DNA of 64,000 nucleotides from assembly GCA_002269645.1 (NCBI GenBank), contig NIVC01002121.1, positions 62,001 through 126,000 of the forward strand, given 5' to 3'. Positions 49,400-64,000 of this stretch are shown here, piece after piece (within the stretch, counting starts at the first letter, position 1; each line of letters opens with the position of its first letter). Source of the DNA: Macrostomum lignano. Its lineage: Eukaryota. The translations under genes were made by a program, and so were the position numbers. The notes below the pieces were generated by a model, which worked only from the letters and a program-made list of their open reading frames with translations, made no database searches and was not told where the DNA came from.

Positions 49400-50470
49400 A
49401 TCCTTTGAAACTTCTATCTTCTCTTCTGTTTCCTCTCTTCTCTCTCGTCTTTATTTGCTCTCTGATCTCTCCTTTCTCTTCTCTCTCTTCTCTTTTATCT
49501 CTTTTCATTTCTCTCTGCTTCCCTTCTCTCTCTGCTTCCCCTCCTCTCTCTGCTTCCCCTCCTCTCTCTGCTTCCCCCTCTCTGCTTCCCCCTCTCTCTT
49601 ATCTCTCCTCTCCTATCTTTCTTCTCCTCTCTACTCTCTCCCCTCCATTCTCCTCTTTTCTCTCCTCTCGTCTCACTCACTTCTCTCTCCCTTTGTCTCT
49701 CCTCTTGTCTCTGTAATCTCTTCTCTCTTATCTCTCCTCTGTTCTCTCTACTCTCCCATCTCTCGTCTGTTCATTTTTGTCTCTGCTCTCAGCTAATCCT
49801 CCCTCTTTCATCTGTCATCTTTACTGTCTTATATGTTCTCTCATTCTGTCCTCTGTACTCTTTTCTTTCACCTCTTGTCTCCTCACTTTCCTTTCTCCTT
49901 TCTTCTCTTCTCTTCTCTTCCCTCTTCTATATAGTCTCTCCCTCTCTTGTCTCGTCTTTTCTCTCTCCACTTTCCTCCTTTATCTCTCATCTCTCATTTT
50001 CCAATCCTCCTTACACCTCTCTCATCTGTACAACCTTATCTCTTCTCTCTTCGATTTACTCTCTCATCTCTCCTTTCTCCTCTTTACTAACTCCTCTCTG
50101 CTCTCCTCTCCTCTCATCTGCAGCCCTCTGCTCTCTCCTCTCTACTCGCTCCTCTACTCTCTCCTCTCCACTTGCTACTCTACTCTCTACTCTCTCCTCT
50201 ACTCGCTCCTCTCTACTCTCTCCTCTCTACTCGCTCCTCTCTACTCTCTCCTCTCTACTCGCTCCTCTACTCTCTTCTCTCCACTCGCTACTCTACTCTC
50301 TACTCGCTCTTCTACTCTCTCCTCTCTACTCGCTCCTCTCTACTCTTTCCTCTCATCATCCTCATTCCCTCATCTCTCCTATTATCTTTTATATTTTCTC
50401 TTAATCCCTCTCTCACCTCTCCTCTCTTTTCGAATAGTCTATTCCTTCTTCTCTTCACTCTCAACTGCCC
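49400..50470. repeat. CT-rich low-complexity tract
   Basis: Polypyrimidine run with CTCTACTCGCTC motifs. Confidence 0.9.
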
Positions 50471-52854
50471 CTCAGCCATAAGCTGGATTCTTTTCTGGCC
50501 TTTAAGGTAAAAGTCTGCACATTCCTGCTTGGAAAGCCAGTTTGTGGGACATAGTACTCTCATGGTTGTTCTCATGCTTTGCTCATGTCATCTTTCTTGC
50601 CAATTTGCAAGCCCTGAAAAGAATTTGTGTATCTTCAGCTCCACTGCAGTCTGCATCAGTCTAACAACCAAAGAAATACGCATTTCTTAGGAGGCCATTT
50701 AAATTTTAAAGTACCTTTAAGAGAAACCTTAAATTTCCATGGTGTGACTAATTTAATAGGGTTGTATTACATTGCATCGCCTTTTTATAAATCTTTCGCT
50801 TTTACAAACCATGCTGGATTACCTTGATTTGCCATCCACTGTTAAACTGCTGCAGAGTTTGCCTATACAGAGGACAAAGTGGTTAGAATTTCTCACGTAA
50901 CTGTTATGGATGGCTAAACATAGCCCCTCCAAGGGGGTGCAAAGAAGGCCATAAACAAAGCTATTCTAAAACACTGTACATTGTCATGTACATTCAGCTC
51001 TATTGCCTGACCCTTGGTCTGGCTCTGGGGGAATGAGTGAGTGAGTGGCACAAACAACAGAAAAAAACAGACAAACTTCACATGCTTACAGTTTCTTTTT
51101 CGGTTGAGTTACAGAGTTGAAACTTTACATTTAGATAGAGAATGAGTCAATTAAAAATTGTGTCAAGTTTAAAGTCAATCGCTTTATGTGGAGCAAACTT
51201 ATGGCAGCTGAAAGTTAGTCGATTTTGAAACCCATTTGGGTCCAGATCAGGATTGGGAAAGAGAGGCAGGTGAGCGGAGGTTGGGGTGGTTGCTACTCTA
51301 AAAAAACAGCCTAACTTTAAAAGTGCACAGCACTGTTCAGGATCAACTTTGAGACTCAAAATTTTACATGATTGTGTCAAAATAGTTGAAGATTGTGTCA
51401 AATTTGAAGACAATTGATAAAAGTGGAGTGGCATTATGAAGCATTTAGTGAAAAAATCGCGCATTTTGAGCAGTTTTTTGCACTTTTAGGTAGGAAGACT
51501 CAAATTTAGGAATTTTTAAGGTAGCTTATGACACTTTCCGTAGTGAATTTAGGGTGGGTGCAAAATTTGGTGTGAATTGGTTGAGTGGTTTAGGAGTCCA
51601 TAGCAAAGTAATTTGTACATAGACATACACACACACACACATACACAGAGTTTTGATTTTTATATGTAGAGATTAATAGTGCATTTATGTACTTATTGGT
51701 AACATATACTATTTTTGGTCTAAGTAGTCTATTGGCACTAAACCCCATTTCCATATTTTTTAATTTTTCTTTTAAAGTGTAAAAGTGGAATTCTCTTAGT
51801 CTTGGGCATTCCCAAGATCAGATTTTCATGGCTCTAAGAGTTTATATTGCTCTATAGTGGTTTACTGCTCTAAGATGATTTTATAGTTCTAATGCAATTT
51901 TTTTTCTAAGGCAATTCTCACTTTCTAGCCATTTTTCCCAATTTGGGGTTTTTCATGGACTAAAAATTATTAAATTTTGATAAGTGAGGCAATATAGTAA
52001 GGCAATTCTTATGTTTGCAAGTTACGCTTTCTGGCTCTCTCTGACCTTCTGTTTATACAAAATTGGCGAATAACAAATTTTTCTTATAAAATAATATTTC
52101 AAAATATTACAGTTAAACAAAAATGAGGGTAGAAATTTAAATAAAGTACTTTTTAAGAAATAATAGGTTATAATTACAGCTAAATGTACTAGAAGAGTAT
52201 TCTATATTATAAAGTACACTGTCTTATAAATGAATGAATTAATAGTTTAATATATACTAGTAAATAAATTGTTTATTATAGTCAATTGCCACATCAAAAA
52301 ACAAGGGCACTATTTTAATATTGGGTAATAATATTACTAGATAATTTTACCTAAGACACATCTCTACAACATTGAATTTGCGCATTGGTATGTCAGGAAT
52401 TCTTAAAAAAGTATCACTTTTGTATATATAAAGCATAAAAATATGTCTATGGTCATTAGGCTATGACAATACAGGGAACCATAAAAAAAAGTGAAATATG
52501 TTTGAGATAAAAAAATAGCTGCTAAGCTGCCAATACTAGCAATCAAGTCAAACAATTGCTTACTTTTTATTTTTGACTATTACTCTCTGGATGACTAGAC
52601 AAGACAAGACAACTAGTGGCCTCAAGTTAGATTGTACCATTGCAAAGGTACAACTGGCTTGAGTTAGTGAACATAGAGGTTACTTTGTGTAATATGGCAA
52701 TGTAGCAATTGACTATAACAATTTAATTGCCAATATATGTTAAGCTAGGCCTATTAATTTTTTCACTTGTTTTAATATTTTGGACTCTAAAAAAATAATG
52801 AAAAAATAATTTAGCAAATGATTCTATATGATAGATATTTAATTATATATAGGC

Positions 52855-53380
52855 ACAAGCTGTTGAAACCCGCGGATTTTGAACCCGGGGAATTCCAATA
52901 CCCGGAACTACTTTTGCATGTATTCTGAAGTCTAAGGCCATACACAAACGAAAACTTGTTAATAGTTAGTAGGATAGAGGCTAGACATAAAATGGAGCCA
53001 TTTGTGTAAAATTAGGGTTTGAGACATTGTTGGCTGGGGTACTGCGCAGAATGTCAGGCAATGTCTGTCTGACTCTAAAACATATATTGCTAAACTCTGG
53101 TCTCTCCCTGACTTTCCCTACGTCCCTTGGATCCTTTAAAATTTCTATTGTCTCTTTGTTTCCTCTCATCTCTCTCGTCCCTCGCCTCTCCTCTCTCCTC
53201 TCTCCCCTCTTCTCTCGTATCTTCCCTTATCTCTCTTCTCTTTCATCTCTCTTATCTCATCTCTTGTCTCTTCTTTTCTCTTTCCTCTCCTCTCTCCTCT
53301 CTACTTTTCATTTTGATTATAGACAGTTTATAGACAGAGTTTTGAGTATAGACAGAGTTTTGATTTTTATATGTAGAGAT
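52855..53380 (+). mobile_element. Non-autonomous Helitron-like repeat, copy 2 (short)
   Basis: Same termini and internal blocks as 48812-51673. Confidence 0.55.
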
Positions 53381-53680
53381 TTTGGCCATACTGCTGATTA
53401 TACATATATAATATACATATAAATATATTTTATGCAACATGTAGTATAAAGTATATAATATATAGCTTTTTAATATTTTTTATATTACTTAACTAATTCA
53501 TAGTTTGTTGCTTAATGATGGTATAAATATTATCAATATTGTTTTTCTAAGAATGCTATTGTAAAAATGTATATTAGTATGTACAGTTTTTTTTAGAAGT
53601 AGGCTCCTATAAAAATTTCAAAGATACTTAAATAAAAATAATCAGGTTTCACTAGTAAATATACTATATAGATTGATATA

Positions 53681-53969
53681 CATACATGCGCAACTTCGAA
53701 AATTCGGTCGGCCATGCGACTTAGTTTTAACAAAAATGTGACATCATTTTTGGTCAAAAAATGCGACTTACATGTAAAAGAGCAAAATTAATGCAACTTT
53801 GGGTAAACGGCTGGAGTAACTATCACTGTCTTATTGGGGCAAAATGCCTCGTCAGCGACTTAGTACTACTTTGGTATTTATTTGGGTGGGAATTTTTGCG
53901 ACTTACTTTGGTTGGCCGCCAAATCGGTTGGCCAGATCGGCCAACTCGGCCAACTTTTGCGCATGTATG
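53681..53969. mobile_element. hAT MITE with TIR CATACATGCGCAA
   Basis: 8-bp TSD TTGATATA at 53673-53680 and 53970-53977. Confidence 0.9.
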
Positions 53970-54919
53970 TTGATATACAAATTGATGTTTTTTTTATTGT
54001 ATTATCTTAGTATATCAATCTATGAATATAAAACTTGACAAAAACTATGTGCATATTTTCTCCAACCATAATTTTTTCTTTGGAATTTTCTCCAACTAGC
54101 CTTTGAGATTTCTGCAGCAAAATTGGATTTCTTTAGTCTATAAACTATAGATTATATGAAAATCAATCATGTATTTTAGTTGTGATAGACCCCTTCCTCT
54201 TGTATATCTGCACAAGCTAAGCAAATAAGCCAATGAGAGCCTAGAAAAAGTGCCCATGGTTATAAAATTTACCCTAAAAATCATTAGAGAATTTGATTGG
54301 AGAAGATGGTTAGAAAAAATGTATTGACTATATATAGGGTGGCCCATGTAATGCATATTCTGATTTAAAGTAAAATGTTAATAACTTTTGTCATTTGCAA
54401 CCAATGTTGACAATATTTTAACACAACATTGCCACAAGTATAGCATTATATTTGCAAAATTTATGCATGTAAGCAAGCACTCACACATACAAGATGAGGT
54501 CCAAAGTCAAATGTTAAAAAAGCAAGCTGCAGACATGCTCCACATTCACTGTGCTTTGTGTGTGTTTTTGTCAAAATTGTGCTTGAAATTTCTAGCATAC
54601 ATGATATGATCCTAAGTATAGGATAAATATTATTGTCAATAATGCGGTTTAATAATTAAACATCAAACATATATTTTTGGGAATATCTAAACTAGCTCTA
54701 ACTGCTTAAATTGAGAATAGTTAAGCTAATTTTTGTGTACCACATCTACTATCTATACTAACTGTTGCAAATATAACTGTGCATCTAAGATCAGGGGATT
54801 GCATGTGTATAAATAACTACAATGGCTTGTAGTATGAATTGAACCTAAAGAACAGCCTTTGTATATGTGCCAGCACTAATTTTTTATCTGGGTTTGGCAT
54901 TTGCTACATCTATATTCTT

Positions 54920-55330
54920 ATCTACATTATATAGGCTCTAGAATATATACCAATAGGTTTCAATATTTATTAATTTTACACCATTATATTACATTATTAG
55001 AGCCTATATACATTATATAGTCTCTAGAATATATACCAATAGGTTTCAATATATATTAATTTTACACCATCATATTACATTATTAGAGCCTATATACATT
55101 ATATAGTCTCTAGAATATATACCAATAGGTTTCAATATATATTAATTTTACACCATCATATTACATTATTAGAGCCTATATACATTATATAGTCTCTAGA
55201 ATATACACCAATAGGTTTCAATATATATTAATTTTACACCATCATATTACATTATTAGAGCCTATATACATTATATAGTCTCTAGAATATATACCAATAG
55301 GTTTCAATATTTATTAATTTTACACCATAT
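54920..55330. repeat. 86-bp AT-rich tandem repeat, about 5 copies
   Basis: CTCTAGAATATA recurs at 54936, 55022, 55108, 55194 and 55280. Confidence 0.95.
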
Positions 55331-55564
55331 TTTGTTACAAGTGTTGTAAGCATAAATTTTATATCATCCATTAAAACATATTTATCATTAAAAAAGGGAA
55401 AGCAAGAAAAGTGAATATGGCTCATATTTTGGACTAGTAATTACGTAAAGTAAAGTTATTTGTTAAACTAAACCTAATTTATACTTATTCCAAAAGGATG
55501 CAGTAAAACAGTTATTAAACCTATCTTGCTCAAATATTTTCAGAGTGTTGATAATAAATATAGG

Positions 55565-57919
55565 ATGGAGCCACTAGGCATGGATCAGCAGCTTGTTGAG
55601 CAGCCACTCCAGCAACAACGACCTCCGCTAATACCACCCCGCCTACACAGGCGGCCAATAAACGATGAGATCAGGCCTCTGCCGCCTCTGCCGCCTCTGG
55701 CGGATCTTCAAGAACCTGTAGCAGACACTCGCAGTATCCAATCTGCGCGGCCTGAGAGTGGGACAGTTTGGCAGCGTGTCTGCCGAATCCTGACGACCTG
55801 TCGCTTCATTGGCGGCAGGAGCAATCATCAAAGAGATTATCGAAGGGCCAACGAGTCTGAGATTAGTCTGCAAAATTTTGAAAGAAGCGGCAGGTTCGCG
55901 TACCAGATTAGCCGCCAAAGTGGACACTACCCCTGTATGTTTGACATCAAACAGATTAAACAGGTAAAGATTTCTTGCTGCCTTGAATTCTACCTCTACT
56001 CCAGATCGCCCGTCTGACCTGCCTGTCCTGTCTGTCCTGTCTGTCCTACTTGTCTGCCTGTCCTGTCTGTCCTACTTGTCTGTCTGTCCTGTCTGTCCTG
56101 CCTGTCCTACTTGTCTGTCTGTCCTGTCTGTCCTGCCTGTCCTACTTGTCTGTCTGTCCTGTCTGTCCTGCCTGTCCTGTCTGTCCTACTTGTCTGCCTG
56201 TCCTGTCTGTCCTACTTGTCTGTCTGTCCTGCCTGTCCTGTCTGTCCTACTTGTCTGTCTGTCCTGCCTGTCTGTCTGTCCTGCCTGTCCTGTCTGTCCT
56301 ACTTGTCTGTCTGTCCTGTCTGTCCTACTTGTCTGTCTGTCTTGTCCTGTCTGTCCTGTCTGCCGGTATGCCTGTTCCCAAGTGCAACATAAGGGGGTTG
56401 TAGCCTAGTGGTTAGAGCGTCAGACTGACGAATTGAAGCCTTCAAGGTCGAGGGTTCGATTCTCGACCCACTCGCAAACGTTTGTGTCATTGAGCAAGAC
56501 ACTTCACTCTGCATTGCTTCAGTCCATTCAGCTATAAAGTGGGTACCAGCATCAGCTGGGGTAATTGAGGCTGTGTGTGGCGACCACCCAGTCCTTGGAC
56601 TGAACAGCCGTACGCAGCCTTCAGATGCGCCGCGCAATAGCTGCGGCTGAGCTGTCGGTTGCACATCTGGTCCGATTGGGGCAGGTTTGATCTGTTTTTA
56701 TATTATTATTATTATTAACTGCAAAACTCCCAGATGAAATCGCTCCCGTCCCCACAGATGCCGTGGTACTTCGGTCCCCTGAATAGCGCCGATGTGACTA
56801 GAATTTTGGCCGGCCGACCCAATGGATCGTTTATTGTGCGAGAATCGCCCTATAATTTAAATGTTTTCTATCTATGCCTGCTTTATAATGGCTTAACATT
56901 TGACACCAAAATCGTTTGCGAGTCCAGTGAGTCATGAAAGTGGAAATCATTCTACTTGTATCAATAGCTTACAGTAGGGTGCAGTAGCCGTTGTACAGAA
57001 TATATTAGTTCACCTGTACACTTGTAAGATTAGTTCACCTGTACACTTGTAAGATTAGTTCACCTGTACACTTGTCAGAGTAGCTCACCTGTACACTTGT
57101 CAGAGTAGCTCACCTGTACACTTGTCAGAGTAGCTCACCTGTACACTTGTCAGATTAGCTCACCTGTACACTTGTCAGAGTAGCTCACCTGTACACTTGT
57201 CAGAGTAGCTCACCTGTACACTTGTCAGAGTAGCTCACCTGTACACTTGTCAGAGTAGCTCACCTGTACACTTGTCAGAGTAGCTCACCTGTACACTTGT
57301 CAGAGTAGCTCACCTGTACACTTGTCAGAGTAGCTCACCTGTACACTTGTCAGAGTAGCTCACCTGTACACTTGTCAGAGTAGCTCACCTGTACACTTGT
57401 CAGAGTAGCTCACCTGTACACTTGTACCTGTATACTCAATAGTTGTGATTTAGTAGGTAGCATTTTTTTCCTTTTTACTAAAAAGAAATATTCTTTAATA
57501 CAGGTGTCTTCCATCTCAGCTGGCGTGATATGAATATTCGGTCGCGCACGAATCTAACGGACCTTATTGATTACCTGGTTCGAGATTCCAGAAGCGTTAG
57601 ATCCGCCAATACATGTAGCACCCGCTATTTATTGCCACAACCGACCGCTGATGACCCGTTAAAGCTGGCCCCGCTTAGCCGTAACTCTGTTTTACCATCG
57701 CTAAAACATCTGTGCCGTTTCGAGATCATGGCCCGCATTCGTGGCAGACAGCTTGGAGCCAGCGCAGCTGTCGGGTTGCTTCCGTTGCCAAATTCTCTGC
57801 AGCAGTATCTGCTTGTAGAGCAGTACTTTGTTGAGAATGTGAGCCAGTTTGAGCTGCAGCCGCTACCGCAATCGCCAATCGCGCAGGATTTCCATCAAGT
57901 CGAGAGTTTCTACGAGTAG
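55565..57919 (+). CDS. SOCS: SOCS-family protein (SOCS4-7 type; SH2 + SOCS box), exons 55565-55963, 56734-56926, 57504-57919 (335 aa)
   Basis: SH2 motifs WYFGPL and GSFIVRES; SOCS box SLKHLCRFEI...LPLPNSLQQYL. GT-AG introns in phases 0 and 1 give 1008 nt. The orthologue cannot be fixed by eye. Confidence 0.85.
55995..56365. repeat. CTGT/CCTGT low-complexity microsatellite
   Basis: Compound array in SOCS intron 1. Confidence 0.9.
56393..56717 (+). mobile_element. tRNA-derived SINE, copy 2
   Basis: A box TAGCCTAGTGG, B box GGTTCGATTC, same body as the copy at 31673, (TTA)n tail. Confidence 0.85.
57005..57425. repeat. 25-bp minisatellite (TAGCTCACCTGTACACTTGTCAGAG), about 17 copies
   Basis: Tandem array in SOCS intron 2. 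Confidence 0.95.
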
Positions 57920-58854
57920 AAGAGTAACCAGACAGACATGCGCAACATCTAAAATTACACCGGTCATGCGACCTGGTTTTGACTGAAAATGCAACTTAGT
58001 TTTGCGACTTACCTGAAAGTTTTTTTTTAAATTTTTCAAGCAAAGTATAAAATTACAATATTTGGGGAGTGACATTGTCAGGTTAGTGGGTGAGTGACAA
58101 TATTATTCTAGGGGAGTGACATTGCCAGGTTAGTGAGTGAGTGACAATATTCTAAGGGTAGTGACGTTAAGTCATCTATTCTCGTATTACAATGCGATGG
58201 CATTTTCAACGGCCAATTTCAACTATATGGTGCGTATTTAAACGCTAGAACATTTTCTAATCTCTTCCGTATATGAACCGAAAACTTCGCATTTTAAAGC
58301 GTTAATCTTTTAAAACTATTCCCTGTGCATTCTATAATACAATCTGCTATTTTACTATTATTTTTACTATTTGCTACTCCAGGTTGGTTAATTACCATGC
58401 TTAATCCTCATTACAGTCCGAAATCCGTTTAGATTTCAGATATGTCTACTCCAGATTTATAGAGTTCTGTGCTTTATCCTTGATACATTTTTATCTTTAA
58501 CACAAGTCTGAGTGACACCGAGTTACACAACACCATTGATCAAATGTCGTTTTTTAGCTGCATATAATTCATCAATATAGGAGCAAATTAAAAAGTAAAT
58601 TTCACATCATTTCATTTCTGTATGTTTCTGGTATTGCGTTCTGTATAATCCGTCATTTTTTATAATATTTCTACTACAAAGCAAGTATAAATACAAAAAA
58701 ATCGTTCATTTTTGTTTTTTAAATAGTTTTCACCCTCGTCTTCTATTCTTTTAGCTAACTGTACAGTAAAGGGTGGACAGATAGATAGTAGGTAGAAGAC
58801 AGGTAAACTCACAAACAGATAAGTAAATAGAAAGTACAATAGAAGATAGAACAC

Positions 58855-59950
<1,096 letters not shown>

Positions 59951-60179
59951 CTGATATTCATAAACAGACATAGCATTTATACATATTAAGAAAGCAGGCA
60001 ATTAGAAATCATTGTATAAATTAGTGCCATCTCCAACCTCATTTAACTTTTATGCATGTTTACTAACTATAACCGCGTAAAGGCTGTCGAAATTCGACCG
60101 ATTCTATCGAAACAATTATCAAAAGTACATTCGCACCCGCCATTAGCTACTAACTAACAGTCCAGTAGTATAGAGAAGA

Positions 60180-63100
60180 ATGCTGCAGATAAAAGCGCTG
60201 TTCTATCTGACTATGCTGGCACTCAGTCTTGTCCAGCTTGTCAGCTCAGACGAGCACAACCACGTGTACGAGGAGGGCGAAGAGGTCGTACTGTGGATGA
60301 ACACCGTCGGCCCCTACCACAATAGACAGGAGACTTACACTTATTTTTCCCTGCCATTCTGCCGCGGTCCCAAGCAGGACATTGCCCATTACCACGAGAC
60401 GCTTGGCGAAGCTTTGCAAGGCGTTGAATTGGAATTGTCCGGCTTAGACATCGACTTCAACGTGCCGGTGAAGCGGACCACCTATTGCGAGGTGACGCTG
60501 TCCGAGGAGAAGGCCGAAGCGTTCATATACGCCGTTAAAAATCACTATTGGTACCAGATGTACATTGACGACCTGCCAATCTGGGGTATTGTTGGCGAAA
60601 TTAGCAAAGACGATCCGCCGCAGTTCTATCTGTGGACGCACAAGAAATTAGATATTGGCGTCAATGCCAAACAGATTGTTGATGTTAATCTCACTAGCGA
60701 CTCTAAAGTGCTGATTAAACCTGGCGCCAAGGTTACCTTCTCTTACGAGGTCACGTTTAAACCTTCGAAGGTGCAATTTGCCGACCGGTTTGATAAGTAT
60801 CTGGACCCGAGCTTCTTCCAACACCGGATTCATTGGTTCTCGATCTTCAATTCGTTTATGATGGTTGTATTCCTTGTTGGCCTGGTGTCCATGATCCTGA
60901 TGCGAACTCTGCGCAAAGACTACGATCGCTACAATAAGGCCGACGATGTGGACGATTTGGAGCGGGATCTCGGAGATGAGTACGGCTGGAAGCAGGTCAG
61001 GAGCAGCTACATGTAGTTATCTCAGTGTGTGTTGGGCTTGGGCTGTCGTTGACGGATATAGAAGGAAGAAAAATCTGGAAGCAATTATGATCAGAGTTAA
61101 CTAAGTAACTTCAGAGCAAATAAGATTATAAAATATTTTTCCATTCAATGGCATGAGCAAACGGATTTAGTAAACTTGATTGATGTTATCTAATGAGCAA
61201 TCCAGTCAGTGCCCTTTTATTCGTTAATTAGCAGCTATAAATTTTGTTTTTGCGGCTTATACTCGTAGCTTGCAGTGTCGCTTAAGTGGCGTAAGGCGAG
61301 TACGAAATGTCGCAAAACACCGTCAGACAAGCAATGACCGACGCTAAAATTCAGAATCGGGGTTGGGCTAAAGCAGGGGTCTCCAACCCACTGTTAGCAG
61401 CGGGCCGCATTCAATATTTATTTAAGATACGCGGGCCGCAAAAAGTGCACAAAAGTTAAGAAAAATTTAGTCAAAGTCAAGATATAGCATTAGTCTACTA
61501 CAAAATGACACCTTTCCCTACAAAACTACACCTTTCCCAACAAAATGACACCTTTCCCTACAAAATGACACCTTTCCCAACAAAATGACACCTTTCCCTA
61601 CAAAATGACACCTTTCCCTACAAAATGACACCTTTCCCTACAAAATGACACCTTTCCCTACAAAATGACACCTTTCCCTACAAAACTACACCTTTCCCAA
61701 CAAAATGACACCTTTCCCTACAAAATGACACCTTTCCCTACAAAATGACACCTTTCCCAACAAAATGACACCTTTCCCTACAAAATGACACCTTTCCCAA
61801 CAAAATGACACCTTTCCCTACAAAATGACACCTTTCCCTGCAAAATGACACCTTTCCCTACAAAATGACACATTTCCCTACAAAATGACACCTTTCCCTA
61901 CAAAATGACACCTTTCCCAACAAAATGACACCTTTCCCTACAAAATGACACCTTTCCCTACAAAATGACACCTTTCCCTACAAAATGACACCTTTCCCTA
62001 CAAAATGACACCTTTCCCTACAAAATGACACCTTTCCCAACAAAATGACACCTTTCCCTACAAAATGACACCTTTCCCTGCAAAATGACACCTTTCCCTA
62101 CAAAATGACACCTTTCCCTACAAAATGACACCTTTCCCTACAAAATGACACCTTTCCCTACAAAATGACACTTTAAGACTACTGACTGCTTGGATAGTTG
62201 AGGCAAAATTGATTAAATTGCATAAGTCAGTGTTGCGATTATCCGACAGCAATGATAACCACGTGAGTTGCGTGATACCGTTGCCTTGGCAACAGAAAGA
62301 TCTCCGACCGCGCATACTTTTCGCATCAATACTTGTCACAACCTTCGATATTTGATAGTGAATTTCCGGGATGGGGTGTTCAAAATGCTGCAAGTTACTT
62401 ATATCATAGCAATTCAAGCAGTAGGGAGTATTACACGCCTACTTAACGGCGATCGTTAAATCTTGTTAACCGTAAGGCCGCATTTGTACATTGCCGAAAT
62501 TGCCGATACAGTCATGGGTGCTCGCAGACAATCTTGCTCAACAGTTGTATTCAGAAATAGCTTTTGACTCTTATTGCGTGTACCGGTATGGGGGTAATTG
62601 AGCCAATAGATTCTCACAGCGTGTCAAAAATTGTTTATAACCCCCCTCCCAGGTGCACGGTGACGTGTTCCGCGCCCCAACCCAGCCGCTGCTATTCTCC
62701 GTCCTGATTGGCTCCGGCCTGCAGCTGGCCTGCGTCATTCTGGCCGTAGTCAGCCTGGCCATGCTAGTAGAGATGTACACCGAGCGGGGCAGCCTGCTGT
62801 CAGCCACTATCTTTGTGTACGCGGCCGCCAGCCCAGTTGGCGGATTCGTTGGCGGCGCCCTGTACGCCAGATCCGGCGGCAGGAAGTGGATCAAGCAGGC
62901 CGTGGTGCAGGCCTTGTTTATACCGGCTCTGCTCACCTCGGTGGCTCTGTCTGTCAATCTGATCGCTATCGGCTATCGGGCCTCGCGCAGCCTGCCAGTG
63001 CTGCACAGCATCGCCATGCTGGCAATCCTTGGCTTCGTCATCCTGCCGCTGAGCCTTGTTGGCACCGTGCTGGGCCGCAACCTGGCTGGCCAGCCCAACC

Positions 63101-64000
63101 TGCCCTGTCGGGTTCGTTTCGTCTGGGGTTTTAGCTGTTGCTATGGCAATGCATCGGATGTATCACTGTCGTATCAGCTGATCCCAATGTCCTGTGATCT
63201 CCTATCATGTCAGCAGATTCCCACCATGTCAGCTGATCCCAATGTCATGTCAGCCGATTCCCATCATGTCAGCTGATCCCCATCATGTCAGCCGATTCCC
63301 ATTATGTCAGCCGATCCCCATCATGTCAGCTGATCCCCATCATGTCAGCCGATTCCCATCATGTCAGCTGATCCCCATCATGTCAGCCGATTCCCATCAT
63401 GTCAGCTGATCCCCATCATGTCAGCTGATCCCCATCATGTCAGTTGATCCCCATCATGTCAGCCGATTCCCATTATGTCAGCTGATCCCAATGTCATGTC
63501 AGCCGATTCCCATGTCAGCTGATCCCCATCATGTTAGCTGATCCCCATCATGTCAGTTGATCCCCATCATGTCAGCTGACTCCCATAATGTCAGTAGCTT
63601 ATTACTATCTTATCAACCCATTACCCCATCCCCAGGTGAACGCGGTGCCCCGGCCCATACCTGAGAAGCGCTGGTTCATGGAGCCGCCAGTCATCTGCCT
63701 GCTAGGCGGCCTGCTGCCCTTCGGCTCGATCTTCATCGAGATGTACTTCGTATTCACCTCGTTTTGGGCCTACAAAGTCTATTACGTGTTTGGCTTCAGT
63801 TTCCTGGTGTTCCTCATCCTGCTGTGCGTCACCGGCTGCGTCACGGTCGTGTGTGCCTACTTCCTATTGAACTCCGAGGACTACCGCTGGCAGTGGTGCT
63901 CCTTCCTCTCCGGAGCGTCCACCGCCCTCTATCTGTACATGTACGCCGTGTACTATTTCTTTTTCAAGACCAAAATGTACGGCCTGTTCCAGACATCATT
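60180..64000 (+). CDS. TM9SF3: Transmembrane 9 superfamily member 3, 3'-partial; exons 60180-60995, 62653-63111, 63636-beyond 64000
   Basis: Signal peptide, then [54 protein letters not shown]|VHGDVFR, PCR|[25 protein letters not shown] and EDYRWQW. Phase-0 GT-AG introns. Confidence 0.95.
61374..61440 (+). mobile_element. Left end of a hAT-type MITE
   Basis: CAGGGGTCTCCAACC with two GCGGGCCGCA subterminal motifs. No matching right end was found. Confidence 0.5.
61500..62172. repeat. 20-bp minisatellite (CAAAATGACACCTTTCCCTA), about 33 copies
   Basis: Tandem array in TM9SF3 intron 1. Confidence 0.95.
63200..63595. repeat. 19-bp minisatellite (ATGTCAGCTGATCCCCATC), about 20 copies
   Basis: Tandem array in TM9SF3 intron 2. 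Confidence 0.9.

Larger units (their letters stand above)
48812..51673 (+). mobile_element. Non-autonomous Helitron-like repeat, copy 1, with nested MITE and CT-rich expansion
   Basis: 5' block ACAAGCTGTTGAAACCCGCGG and 3' end ACAGAGTTTTGATTTTTATATGTAGAGAT are shared with 52855-53380. AAATTTGG...GGTTGAGTGGTTTAGGAG plus (CA)n near the 3' end resembles Lep1-type helitrons. Confidence 0.55.

Noticed and set aside
49371-50510. Hydrophobic Leu/Ser-rich ORFs that look like membrane proteins
   Set aside because: Translation of a CT-rich low-complexity tract.

Overview
Repeat-rich eukaryotic (invertebrate) genomic DNA. The intron style, GC-rich exons and 18-25 bp minisatellites would fit a free-living flatworm such as Macrostomum, but that is a guess. 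Three spliced host genes lie on the + strand: p70 S6 kinase (6 exons, 19344-33313), a SOCS-family SH2/SOCS-box gene (3 exons, 55565-57919) and TM9SF3 (from 60180, running off the window end). The rest is transposon debris (Gypsy, RTE-like LINE, Penelope, Crypton, Ginger-like, THAP/P-like, Tc1, hAT/MULE MITEs, tRNA-SINEs, Helitron-like) and tandem arrays. The most unusual locus is 1-7000: the 3' part of an internally deleted Gypsy-type LTR element that carries four tandem double-RING-finger genes (A-B-A'-B') between integrase and the 3' LTR. These genes share an unrecognised C-terminal motif. Each is preceded by branch-point/acceptor-like signals, and both A copies follow a near-invariant 79-nt pseudoknot-forming segment. 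Other notable points are a CaaX-like C-terminus on S6K, a decayed Frizzled-CRD gene fused in frame to an 18-bp array inside an S6K intron, a 12-bp array expanded inside a THAP zinc finger, and a Penelope hammerhead motif. All exon boundaries, alignments and counts were made by eye. Single-base frameshifts at homopolymers could be long-read assembly errors.
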